Assembly: GCA_038227875.1 (NCBI GenBank)
Contig: JBBRPR010000020.1
Coordinates: 71,166-135,165, forward strand
Direction: 5' to 3'
DNA: 64,000 bases
Source of the DNA: Planctomycetota bacterium
Lineage (GTDB): Bacteria > Planctomycetota > SZUA-567 > H5-PLA8
Shown: positions 38,937 to 47,902 of the stretch, in pieces
Layout: each line of letters opens with the position of its first letter
How positions within the stretch are numbered: position 1 is the stretch's first letter
Translations under genes and position numbers: made by a program
The notes under the pieces: generated by a model
Told to the model about the DNA's origin: nothing
What the model saw: only the letters and a program-made list of their open reading frames with translations
The model's database searches: none

Positions 38937-41900
38937 GTGTCTGTTTGTGTTGTGCGGAGAATGCTAATGACGGTGCGAAAATGCGTTGCGGTGTGCGGTA
39001 CGATTGCAGTGGCCCTGGTTGCGGCGACGGTGTTGACGCGGCATCACGAAGTGGCCCGCGCGCCGGTTACTGATACTGCCGTGGCAGACTTGCCAGTGCC
39101 CGTGATGACCGCCACACCCATTCCGAAAAAGCCTGCCAGCACGCCCGACGCCGCGTTGGGTTTCCACGCGCAGGCCGATGGCTCATTCGACGTGAAGCGT
39201 GCGCACTACGCCGCGTCGGTGACCTCCGATGGCGCGCTCCACTACCGCGCAAAGTCCGAGGCCGAAGCCGCGCCGACCGAACTGGAAGTACGCCTCAACT
39301 CGGTGGCCCTGGGCGACACGGCGCTCTATACGCGCTCGGAAATGAAGTCGCCTGAAAAAATTCAGGACGGCACAGTCCACATTAGCCGTGCCGATGATCT
39401 GCGCGAAAGTTATGCGCCGCGCGAAGACGGCGTCGAGCAACTCTTCACCCTGACCCAACTGCCGGACTCCACAAGCGGTGCATCCGATCTCGAATTCCGC
39501 TGCGATTTCAAAGCCACCGGGCTCATCCCCATTCCTCCGCGCGCCAACCGTAACGGTGGAATTCAATTCTGCGACGCCAGCGGCCGCGTGGCCGTGCGCT
39601 ACGGACAGATCGTCGTCCGCGACGCGGCGGGAAAAGGTATCGCCCTGGAACCGCGTCTCGATGCGGCGGCCCGGACGATCCACTTCGCGGTTCCGGCCGC
39701 ATGGCTGGCCGGCGCGACGCTCCCGGTTGTTGTCGACCCGCTGGTCGGTCTGGATTTCGTCGTCTCGCCGGACAATCCCAACGGCGTCGCTCCGCCGACG
39801 GTGGTTGCGGGCAACAACAATTACCTGATCGTCTGGGACGACTTCACCCTCGGCACCACGGCACCGACGCTGGTCTGCTCGGTCGTCACGCAAAGCGGCA
39901 TTCCCAGTTCGCCGATCGTTCTGTCGGCGAATACGACCGCGCCACGGCCGTACCGCTTTCAGCGCACGGAGGCCGCATTCGACGGCGCCAACTGGCTGGT
40001 CATATGGGCCGCGGACGGCGGCACGGCCACGGGTTCCGCGATTCACGGCGCGATTGTCGCTTCGGGCAGCGGTGTCACCACGCCGCCGGCGGCCGGATCG
40101 ATTCTGGGCAACACGGAATTTCTGATCGCCGACACCACCGGCACGGTCGAAGAAGATCCGCTGGTCACCTTCAATGGCACCGACTTCGTGGTGGTCTGGC
40201 ACAGCGGGCCTCCGGGCACTCCGCCGGCAACCACGACGACGACCACCTCCAGCTCCGGAGCGCAGATTTACTTCACGCGCGTGTCCAGCGGCGGAATCGT
40301 GGCCACGCCCGTCGCCATCACTTCACTGTTTGCCAAGCCCAGTCAGTCCGCGTTTTTTGTTGCCGGCCAGAAACCCGCGGGCGATACGCTGTTGCTTTAC
40401 GCTGAAAACGCCGAAACGCCTTCCGGCATCCGCGGCGCCCGCATCGCTCAGGATGGAACGGTCCGCGACCAGGGCGGCTTCAGCTTGTTCAAAGTGAATC
40501 AGAAAGACAGCGGCTTCGGCGTGCCCATCGGCGTGTCCTTCATCGGCACCGACTGGCAGGTGCTGTCGTCTTACGATCAAACCACCGACGGCGCGGTCTT
40601 TCTCTCGCACGTCAGCACGGCCGGCGTCGTCACGCAGCCGACGGGCGTCTTCGCGGTGATGGGCCTTGGGCCGACCGGCACGAACCTGGACCGCTTCGAA
40701 CCGGCGTTCGCCGGCAGCACCAGCTGGCTCTTCCTGCGCAACGAAAAAGTCAGCGCCTCGGTCTATCATATCCTCGGCAAGCGCGTAGGATTCGACGGGA
40801 CCGACCAGGATCCCATTCCCTTCCAGATCGACACGGCCTCGCAGGGCATTCTGCGCAGCGCCGTCGCGGCGCAGGCCGGCAGCCAGTTCCTCGTTACGTG
40901 GCTCGACGGCCGCAAAGGCACGCCGCAACCGTCCGACGCACGCAATATTGCCGCGGCGATTGTCGATTCCGTTATCGCCGACGCCAACGGTCCGGCGCTC
41001 AACCCCAATCTCGTCGCCAGCCCCACGACCGGCTCTAAACCGCTGGCCGTGAGCTTCGATGGTTCGACGTCGACCGGCGCGTTTGATTCGCTGCAATGGA
41101 GCTTCGGCGACGGCAGCACCTCCACGTCCCCCACCGTCTCGCACACGTACCTGAACAACGGCACGTACACCGCTCAATTGACGCTGAAAAAAGGCGCGTA
41201 CCAGGTTTCGCGCACCGTCACGATTTTTGTTGGCGGCTCAGCCGGCTCCGCGCCCGTGCAGGTTGGCGTGCCGGTCACCAGCACCGATGGCATTGTGCCG
41301 AATCTCTTTATCAACACGATGCAGTTTGGCCTCGATTTTGGCACGTCCCGCGATGATGCCGTCGTGATCACCGGCACCGTCGATCCGGAATTCGTTCCCG
41401 CTTCGCCGACCGGCACGACCTGCTCGATTACGATCGGCACGGTCACGCATCAGTTTGCGCTCGATTCGAAAGGCTCGTTCACGTCGGATGCGACGCAGCC
41501 GACGGCCATCAAGTTCAACGTCAAGCCGGCGTCCGGCACGTTCAATTTCACGGCGACGAAGGATGACCTGGTCAGTTCGCTGGCGCTTTTCGGCGCTCAG
41601 AACGCCACCATCAGCCCCGCCGTGCTGATTACCGTGCCGGTCACGGTCACCATAAATTCCCTCACCGCGACGGCATACGCTCAACTCCAATACACCGCGA
41701 CGCTCAACACCAAAGGCTTCGGCACCTACGCGTTCCAGAAGAAGGGAAAGCCTGTCTCCGGTTCGTTCGTCGTCTCGGGGTTCACTGCGGCGGAGGTGCT
41801 GACCACCTCGCACAACTACGCGATCAAGGGTTTCCTGTCGCTGCCCAACGGCGCGGCGGTCACGCCGGCCACGTCGGGCACGTTTGCGTTTCTGCTCGGA

Positions 41901-42242
41901 AACTACACGCTTTCCATTCCCGCCAACCAGATGGTGGCGAAGGGCACCAGCGTGAAATACACGCCGCCGAAGGTCAAGGGCGCGAAGCTGGTCACCGGAC
42001 TCAAGAGCTTCACGCTCAATTCCAAATCCGGCGCCTTCGCGATTCAGTTCGTGGGGATTCCGTCACCCGGCGCCAATTCCACCGGTTTGCCACTTTCCAG
42101 CGGCAATTCGATTGTGAACGTGGATTTGAATTTCTCGGTCCAGTTCGATCTGGCCAGCGGGCACATCGACGCCGGGCGCTACATCTTCATCACGCGAGCC
42201 AACGCCAACGCGAAATCCTGGAAGCTCCGCGATTTTAACTAA
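38937..42242 (+). CDS. Large secreted/surface protein with PKD domain
   Basis: N-terminal signal/anchor; E.Y..DGVEQLF..PVVVDP domain; repeated F.G..(W/F)LV(I/V)W blades; PKD motif PLAVSFDGS..WSFGDG..SHTY..GTYT; start codon uncertain. Confidence 0.85.
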   Translation: MSVCVVRRMLMTVRKCVAVCGTIAVALVAATVLTRHHEVARAPVTDTAVADLPVPVMTATPIPKKPASTPDAALGFHAQADGSFDVKRAHYAASVTSDGALHYRAKSEAEAAPTELEVRLNSVALGDTALYTRSEMKSPEKIQDGTVHISRADDLRESYAPREDGVEQLFTLTQLPDSTSGASDLEFRCDFKATGLIPIPPRANRNGGIQFCDASGRVAVRYGQIVVRDAAGKGIALEPRLDAAARTIHFAVPAAWLAGATLPVVVDPLVGLDFVVSPDNPNGVAPPTVVAGNNNYLIVWDDFTLGTTAPTLVCSVVTQSGIPSSPIVLSANTTAPRPYRFQRTEAAFDGANWLVIWAADGGTATGSAIHGAIVASGSGVTTPPAAGSILGNTEFLIADTTGTVEEDPLVTFNGTDFVVVWHSGPPGTPPATTTTTTSSSGAQIYFTRVSSGGIVATPVAITSLFAKPSQSAFFVAGQKPAGDTLLLYAENAETPSGIRGARIAQDGTVRDQGGFSLFKVNQKDSGFGVPIGVSFIGTDWQVLSSYDQTTDGAVFLSHVSTAGVVTQPTGVFAVMGLGPTGTNLDRFEPAFAGSTSWLFLRNEKVSASVYHILGKRVGFDGTDQDPIPFQIDTASQGILRSAVAAQAGSQFLVTWLDGRKGTPQPSDARNIAAAIVDSVIADANGPALNPNLVASPTTGSKPLAVSFDGSTSTGAFDSLQWSFGDGSTSTSPTVSHTYLNNGTYTAQLTLKKGAYQVSRTVTIFVGGSAGSAPVQVGVPVTSTDGIVPNLFINTMQFGLDFGTSRDDAVVITGTVDPEFVPASPTGTTCSITIGTVTHQFALDSKGSFTSDATQPTAIKFNVKPASGTFNFTATKDDLVSSLALFGAQNATISPAVLITVPVTVTINSLTATAYAQLQYTATLNTKGFGTYAFQKKGKPVSGSFVVSGFTAAEVLTTSHNYAIKGFLSLPNGAAVTPATSGTFAFLLGNYTLSIPANQMVAKGTSVKYTPPKVKGAKLVTGLKSFTLNSKSGAFAIQFVGIPSPGANSTGLPLSSGNSIVNVDLNFSVQFDLASGHIDAGRYIFITRANANAKSWKLRDFN

Positions 42243-42245
42243 CTC

Positions 42246-42443
42246 GGGGTCCGGGCGTCCCGCCCTGTCTAACCTCCGCAAATGCGTTGACGTACTATTG
42301 GTTCAATGGAATCAATCGATTGCGAAGCCTAAGATTGCGGCTGGTCGCCGGCCGCCTTTGCTTCGCGGTAGAAATTGAAACACCGAGTAGTTTTGAAAAT
42401 GGTGTAGGCCGTGCTTTAGACCGGGCGGGACGCCCGGACTACA
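42246..42443. repeat. Inverted pair of GTAG-type REPs (REPIN-like doublet)
   Basis: GGGGTCCGGGCGTCCCGCCCTGTCTAA (42246-42272, +) and TGTAGTCCGGGCGTCCCGCCCGGTCTAA (42416-42443, -) between convergent genes. Confidence 0.85.
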
Positions 42444-43269
42444 ATCGCTTGCGCGCCACCAGCCGCAACGCAAACGGCGTGCAGAGATTCCGCAGCGCGC
42501 CGGAGAGCGTCCGCGAGCTCGTCCATGGCTTCCACCCGAACTTGATTTCCAGCCGCGCCTGCAAGCGCAAGCTCCGGCGCAGCACGTCGAAGCCCAGGCT
42601 CTCCGCGTTGGTCACCAGCGATCCGGGCGTGAAGAAAAATAGATGGCGCGGGATCAGCCAGTGGTCCACGTCGCGTTTCTTCTTGCCGTACGCCAGCACA
42701 TTCGGCGTCGAGAGCACCAGCACGCCGCCCGGCCGGAGCAACTCGTGGACGCGTTTTAAAATCGCGCGCGGATCATGGACGTGCTCGATCAGCTGAAACA
42801 TCGCGATCGCGTCGAAGCTCGCCGGTTTCAAATCGGCCTTGAGCAGATCTTCGGATTTCAGGTCGATGCCAAACCAGCGCTTGGCCTGTTCGATGCGCGG
42901 CTGCGAGAGCTCCAGGCCCTGCACGCGCCAGCCGGCTTCTTTCGCGGCGTTGAGGAAATAACCGTCGCCGGCGCCGACTTCCAGCAGGTCGCCGGCCGCC
43001 GGCATCGTGCGCGCCAGCCGCCGGAAATGTTTTTTGGCACGGAGTTCCTGCCGCTTGCTCTTCTCGCGTTCGCCTTTGTAAAATTCATCGTAGTAGTTGT
43101 GCATGTCCTCAATGCGCGGGCGCGGATTGAGGAAAATGCCCGCGCAGGTCTGGCAGTACATCAGCCCGAACGGCGGCTTGGGCTGATCGGGCCCGTGCGC
43201 GATGGACGGCGATCCGCAGAGCGGACAGGCGGTCAGCGTTTCGAGTGGGCGTTCATTCGCAGTGGTCAT
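42439..43269 (-). CDS. Class I SAM-dependent methyltransferase with N-terminal CxxC zinc ribbon
   Basis: CPLC..CQTC; LLEVGAGDG; FDAI..IEHVHDP; LRPGG..STPN; PRHLFFF. Confidence 0.92.
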   Translation of the reverse strand: MTTANERPLETLTACPLCGSPSIAHGPDQPKPPFGLMYCQTCAGIFLNPRPRIEDMHNYYDEFYKGEREKSKRQELRAKKHFRRLARTMPAAGDLLEVGAGDGYFLNAAKEAGWRVQGLELSQPRIEQAKRWFGIDLKSEDLLKADLKPASFDAIAMFQLIEHVHDPRAILKRVHELLRPGGVLVLSTPNVLAYGKKKRDVDHWLIPRHLFFFTPGSLVTNAESLGFDVLRRSLRLQARLEIKFGWKPWTSSRTLSGALRNLCTPFALRLVARKRL

Positions 43270-44852
43270 CAGTCGACGTAGCCTAAGTCGGCGAGGCGCT
43301 GTTCGACCAGCGCTTTTTCAGCATCGCTGTAGACGTCCGCGTTGCCACCGGACGCGATCACCGCCGCGGGACCCGGTGTGAATGAAAGTCCGTCCGTAAA
43401 AAACGCGCTCAGCACTTTGCCGGTCATGTCGGCAGGCACCGGCTGCCCGAGTAGCGCCAGCACCGTCGCCGGAATATCCGCGATGCCGGCTTCGCCCACT
43501 TTCCCCGCCGTAACGCCGGGACCGCAGAGCGCGAAATAGCCCTCCGGGCGGTGGGTGCCCTTGTACTTCTCGTCCGGAATTTCCACCGCCGGGCCGAACG
43601 ACAACTTGCGTACAAGGTTCACACCATGCGCCGGCTGCACGAACAATTCCGGCTGATCGAACGGCCCGCAAACAGGATACGCCTGCTGCCGCGTCAGCAC
43701 CCGGTCGAAGAGCGGCTTGCCCGAATGCGGGCTCTTCTGCTCGGCGAGTTTGCTCGCAATCTCCGCGGCGAGATTCTCCGCATCGGCGTCCGCGACCCGC
43801 CCGAAGCGTTCTCGTCCGATGCGGTTGAGATAAACGAACCCGCTGATCGCTTCGAACGGCATGTACGCCGACGTGCCCGGCCAATCGACGGCAATGCCCA
43901 AGCCCTTCTGCTTGCGCTGCCCGGTCACGCGCCGCCACGCGTCGCGGGCCTGCGCAATCACGCCGCCGCGCTTCAGGTATCCCAGATCGCTCAGCAGCCC
44001 GTTCACGCGGACCAGTTCATGCACCGGACCGTGTCCGTGGTCGGAGCACATCATGATAAACGCATCCTGCGACTGCGGCAGGTTGATGATCTCGGCGAGC
44101 ATCGCGTCGAGCCGCGCGAAGAACGCGTCGATCAGCGCTGCGCGCGCCGGATCTTCGTTGCGCGTCGCCGGATCGCACCAGCGCCACGCCTTGTGAAAGA
44201 GCGGGTCGGTCGCCTGGTAATAAAGAAAGAGCACATCCCACGGCCGCGTCATCGCCAGATGTTTATTCAGCGCATGCGCGCGCTCGTTTTCAGCCGAAAG
44301 CGATTCCAGCCCCGCTTTGAAATCTTCGAGCGCCGTCCAGTCTTTCCCCGCGCCGGGATCGCGCACGCGTTCGGATTTGAAGCAGAAGCCCGGCACCTTC
44401 TCCAGCACTTCGCTGCGCAGCGCTGCCGGCCAGGCGAACTCCGCGTCCGTCGACGGCGTCTCAAACCCGCTGATCGCAAAGCCGTGTGTCAGCGGCCGCA
44501 CGGGGTAGCTCTGCGGCTGTCCGACGACGCCGACTTTCAGTCCTTTTTCATCGAGCAGCTGCCAGACGGTTTTATGCGGCACGTCTTTGGTCGCGTTGAG
44601 CCGCGATTCCTGCGTGCGCGGATCGAAGCGCCGGAAGTTCATCACGCCATGCACGCCCGGGCTTTTTCCGGTCGCCAGCGTCGTCCACGCCGCCGCCGTG
44701 TGCGCGGGAACGGTCGACAGCAACACGCCGCTGGCGCCGCGCGCGAGAATGCTTTTGAGCGTCGGCATCCGACCGGCGTCGAGATGCGGCGCGAGCGCCA
44801 CGTGATTGACACTGTCGAGCGCGAGGATGAGGATTTTCTGTACGCTGGCCAT
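43269..44852 (-). CDS. Alkaline phosphatase superfamily protein (type I phosphodiesterase/nucleotide pyrophosphatase)
   Basis: ILALDS, STVPAHT.AAW..TGKSPGVHG, D..FH, SDHGHG, GTHR, DI..T.L, RLADLGY; its stop overlaps the start of the methyltransferase. Confidence 0.92.
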   Translation of the reverse strand: MASVQKILILALDSVNHVALAPHLDAGRMPTLKSILARGASGVLLSTVPAHTAAAWTTLATGKSPGVHGVMNFRRFDPRTQESRLNATKDVPHKTVWQLLDEKGLKVGVVGQPQSYPVRPLTHGFAISGFETPSTDAEFAWPAALRSEVLEKVPGFCFKSERVRDPGAGKDWTALEDFKAGLESLSAENERAHALNKHLAMTRPWDVLFLYYQATDPLFHKAWRWCDPATRNEDPARAALIDAFFARLDAMLAEIINLPQSQDAFIMMCSDHGHGPVHELVRVNGLLSDLGYLKRGGVIAQARDAWRRVTGQRKQKGLGIAVDWPGTSAYMPFEAISGFVYLNRIGRERFGRVADADAENLAAEIASKLAEQKSPHSGKPLFDRVLTRQQAYPVCGPFDQPELFVQPAHGVNLVRKLSFGPAVEIPDEKYKGTHRPEGYFALCGPGVTAGKVGEAGIADIPATVLALLGQPVPADMTGKVLSAFFTDGLSFTPGPAAVIASGGNADVYSDAEKALVEQRLADLGYVD

Positions 44853-44990
44853 GAGCCGGACACTTTTAATGTTGCGGGGCGCAAATTGCAAACGCGCAGC
44901 CTTTGCAAATTGCCATGGACGCGTTTTGCCCCGTGGGTACACTCAAAAAGTACGGGGGTGTTTCAGGGAGATGCAACTGAGGAGGATGGA

Positions 44991-46304
44991 GTGGCGACAC
45001 TGAAGGAAACTCTGGCAAAGCAGATCCCGGCCGTCCGCCAGCAGTTTAAAGACCTGGCCAAGCAGCACGGCACCAAGGTCATCGACCAGGTCACACTGGA
45101 ACAGATTCTCGGAGGCATGCGCGGGATCAATTGCCTCGTGTGCGATACGTCCAGCGTGCCGCCCGACCGCGGCTTGATCATTCGCGGCAAACCGGTCGCG
45201 GACCTCGCCGACCGTCTGCCGGAAGAGATTTTCTGGCTGCTGCTCACCGGCAGTCTGCCCGACGCCGAAGGCTTGCAGTCCCTGCAGGATGAACTTCGCG
45301 CTCGCGCCACCGTGCCCGAGTACGTCTGGGCCGTCCTCGACGCGATGCCCGCTGACGCGCATCCGATGTGTCTGTTCAGCACCGGGATCCTCTGTATGCA
45401 GAGGGAATCGGTGTTCCACAGGCGCTACTCCGACGGACTGAAGCGCGACGATTTCTGGGACCCGATGCTGGAAGACGCCCTGAACCTGATCGCCCGAGCC
45501 CCCGCCATCGCCGCCGGAATCTACCGCAAAAAATTCAACAAAGGCCCACGCATCCCCTCCGATCCCAAATTGACCTGGGGCGCCAACTACGCCCGCATGC
45601 TCGGCGTGCCCGACCCCAAGGGCGAATTCACGCAGCTCATCAACCTCTTCATGACACTCCACAGCGACCACGAAAACGGCAACGTCAGCGCGATGACATC
45701 TTCAACCGTCAATTCGGCGCTCTCCGATCTCTACTACGCCGTCTCCGCCGGGATGAACGGTCTGGCCGGCCCGCTCCACGGCCTGGCCAACCAGGAATGC
45801 CTTGGCTGGATTCTCGACCTGATCAAGAAGTTCAACGGCGTTCCGACCCGCGAACAGATGAAGGAATTCGCGTCGGCGACGATCAATTCCGGAAAAGTGA
45901 TCCCCGGCTACGGCCACGGCGTGCTCCGCGTGACCGATCCGCGCTTCACCTGCTTCTACAATTTCGGCGCCAAGCACTGCCCGGAAGATCCCGTCTACAA
46001 AACCGTCGCGATCGCCTTCGACGTTGTCCCCGACATCCTCAAGCAGGTCCAGAAGATCAAGGACCCCTGGCCGAATGTGGACGCGTCCTCCGGTTCACTG
46101 CTCTACCATTACGGCCTGACCGAACCGATCTACTACACGGTGCTCTTCGGCGTCTCCCGCACCTTGGGACTCTGCGCGCAGTCGGTCTTGAACCGCGCGT
46201 TGATGCAGCCGATCACGCGCCCGAAGTCGGTGACGTACGAATGGCTGGCGAAAACCGCGCCCGAAAAGCCCGCCGCCGCGAACCGGGAATCCGCACGGCA
46301 CTAG
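44991..46304 (+). CDS. gltA: Citrate (Si)-synthase, eukaryotic-like type
   Basis: GGMRG, LPEEIFWLLLTG, HSDHENGNVSA, NGLAGPLHGLANQE, PGYGHGVLR.TDPR, PWPNVDA; GTG start after GGAGG. Confidence 0.95.
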   Translation: MATLKETLAKQIPAVRQQFKDLAKQHGTKVIDQVTLEQILGGMRGINCLVCDTSSVPPDRGLIIRGKPVADLADRLPEEIFWLLLTGSLPDAEGLQSLQDELRARATVPEYVWAVLDAMPADAHPMCLFSTGILCMQRESVFHRRYSDGLKRDDFWDPMLEDALNLIARAPAIAAGIYRKKFNKGPRIPSDPKLTWGANYARMLGVPDPKGEFTQLINLFMTLHSDHENGNVSAMTSSTVNSALSDLYYAVSAGMNGLAGPLHGLANQECLGWILDLIKKFNGVPTREQMKEFASATINSGKVIPGYGHGVLRVTDPRFTCFYNFGAKHCPEDPVYKTVAIAFDVVPDILKQVQKIKDPWPNVDASSGSLLYHYGLTEPIYYTVLFGVSRTLGLCAQSVLNRALMQPITRPKSVTYEWLAKTAPEKPAAANRESARH

Positions 46305-46471
46305 CGCGATGGGGCGTCGCGGAGGACTGATATGTGTGTCAAGGAGCAAGCGGCCGTATGCTTGCTCCTTGCTCAACGCACGCCAATTTCGAATTAGTAC
46401 GCTTCTCGAACTGATCGAACCAAATCGCTTGGCCACCCCACTGGCAACCGCGCATAGAAATGAAATGACCG

Positions 46472-47425
46472 ATGGATCTCGACGGCCCTTCTGATTCGCT
46501 TCCTCCGCTGCGCTCCAAAGATTCCCTGAAAGCTTCGCTCTCCTCCCGCGGCCTCGCGCCGCAGAAGAAGTTCGGCCAGAATTTCATGATCGACACCAAT
46601 TTCGCCGCCGCCGTCGCCGCCGACGCAGGGCCGGGGCAGGGGACCCTGACGCTCGAAATCGGACCTGGCACCGGCTGCCTCACTCGCGCGATCCTTGCCG
46701 CCGACCCCCAGGCTCACGTGCTGGCGATGGAAATCGACCGCGGCCTGGCCGAACTCCTCCGCGAGACCTTCGCTACGGAGATCGCCGCTCAACGCCTGAC
46801 CCTGCTGGAAGGCGACGCGCTCGAGAGCAAGCACGAACTCTCCCCGCAGTTCGTCGCTGCCGCGCTGGAGATCAGCGCGCGCGAGAACCGCCCGCGCCGC
46901 GTGCTCTGCGCCAATCTCCCCTACAACGCCGCCACGCCGCTGCTGGCCAACATGTCCGGCGACGCGCAGCACCTCGACGTCCAGCTCGCCATCGCCACCG
47001 TCCAGCTGGAACTGGCCCAGCGCCTCTTCTGCGCCGCCGGCAGCGCCGACTACGGTGCGCTGACCGCGTACATGGCCGTGCGCGCGAAGGGTTCGATCAT
47101 CCGCCGCATCGGCAACGAAATCTTCTGGCCGCGCCCAACCGTGGACTCCGCCGTGGTGAAAGTCGAGTACCTCCCGTTCTGCGCCGAGGACGCGCTCGAC
47201 CCCACGCGCCTGCGGCGCAGCGAAGCCACCGGCTTCCAGCAGTTCCTCCAGAAACTCTTCTCCCAGCGCCGCAAGACGCTCCGCGCCACGCTGAAACCTC
47301 AAGTCATTCCGTCAACCACCGGAATCGCTCCAGACGCCCGTGCCGAAGATTTGCCTCCCGGCGCGCTGCTGCGTTTGTACCGAGCCCTTTGTAGTCCGGG
47401 CGTCCCGCCCGGAATCACCCCGTAA
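46472..47425 (+). CDS. rsmA: 16S rRNA (adenine-N6,N6)-dimethyltransferase
   Basis: KKFGQNFM, LEIGPGTG.LT, EIDR, GDAL, ANLPYN, Q.E.A.RL, FWPRPTVDSAVV, FSQRRKTLR, RAEDL. Confidence 0.95.
   Translation: MDLDGPSDSLPPLRSKDSLKASLSSRGLAPQKKFGQNFMIDTNFAAAVAADAGPGQGTLTLEIGPGTGCLTRAILAADPQAHVLAMEIDRGLAELLRETFATEIAAQRLTLLEGDALESKHELSPQFVAAALEISARENRPRRVLCANLPYNAATPLLANMSGDAQHLDVQLAIATVQLELAQRLFCAAGSADYGALTAYMAVRAKGSIIRRIGNEIFWPRPTVDSAVVKVEYLPFCAEDALDPTRLRRSEATGFQQFLQKLFSQRRKTLRATLKPQVIPSTTGIAPDARAEDLPPGALLRLYRALCSPGVPPGITP
47390..47412 (+). repeat. GTAG-type REP inside the 3' end of rsmA
   Basis: TGTAGTCCGGGCGTCCCGCCCGG, translated as CSPGVPPG. Confidence 0.85.
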
Positions 47426-47458
47426 ACCAATTAGTCCAGAAATAAGTAAAGATAACTC

Positions 47459-47487
47459 TTGACAATCCGCAATTCACGGTCTAAAGT
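47459..47487 (+). promoter_or_regulatory. Sigma70-type promoter
   Basis: TTGACA-17 bp-TAAAGT with A-rich upstream sequence; predicted +1 about 47494. Confidence 0.75.
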
Positions 47488-47493
47488 GTGGAC

Positions 47494-47668
47494 GGTGAGT
47501 TGCTTTGTCTATTTGGTGCCACTGGTACGGATGACTCAGAGCGAAGCGAAGAGTCAGCCTTACCAGTGCGAACGCGCAGACAACGCTCGCCAATTGTCTA
47601 CCGCCAGACCGCTGCACGGACCCGGGCCCGCCCTGAGCAAGCCCGTCGCAGGCGAAGCCGCGACGGGC
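47494..47668 (+). ncRNA. Candidate structured non-coding RNA or long leader
   Basis: Rod 47494-47591 (GGTGAGT/GCTCGCC, TTGTCT/AGACAA, CACTGGTA/TACCAGTG, TGACTC/GAGTCA) starting at the predicted +1, plus hairpin GCCCGTCGC..GCGACGGGC (47641-47668); no known family recognised. Confidence 0.45.
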
Positions 47669-47902
47669 GCGTCGAAGGATACAACAACGCTGTTGTACGG
47701 AAAATAACCAGATACCTGAAATACGTAACATTCTGTAGCATTTTGTAACATTTACCTATGACGATTGTGTGGTACTTCACCCCGTGCAAACGGCCCAAAT
47801 GTTACATCGAGCACGCTCCGGCAAAGCGCACCTCGAAATTCTAAAGCCGGAGGTTAGACTACGGATCGTCACTAAAAATCGGACCGGTAGAAACTAAAAC
47901 GC

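Noticed and set aside
43551..44990. Apparent 480-aa N-terminal extension of citrate synthase in the 917-aa ORF
   Set aside because: It is the antisense shadow of the phosphodiesterase gene; a GGAGG-preceded GTG at 44991 gives a normal-length enzyme
47494..47591. Identification of the rod as SRP 4.5S or 6S RNA
   Set aside because: Lacks the SRP CAGG..GNRA..AGCA loop and is about half the length of a typical 6S RNA; left unassigned
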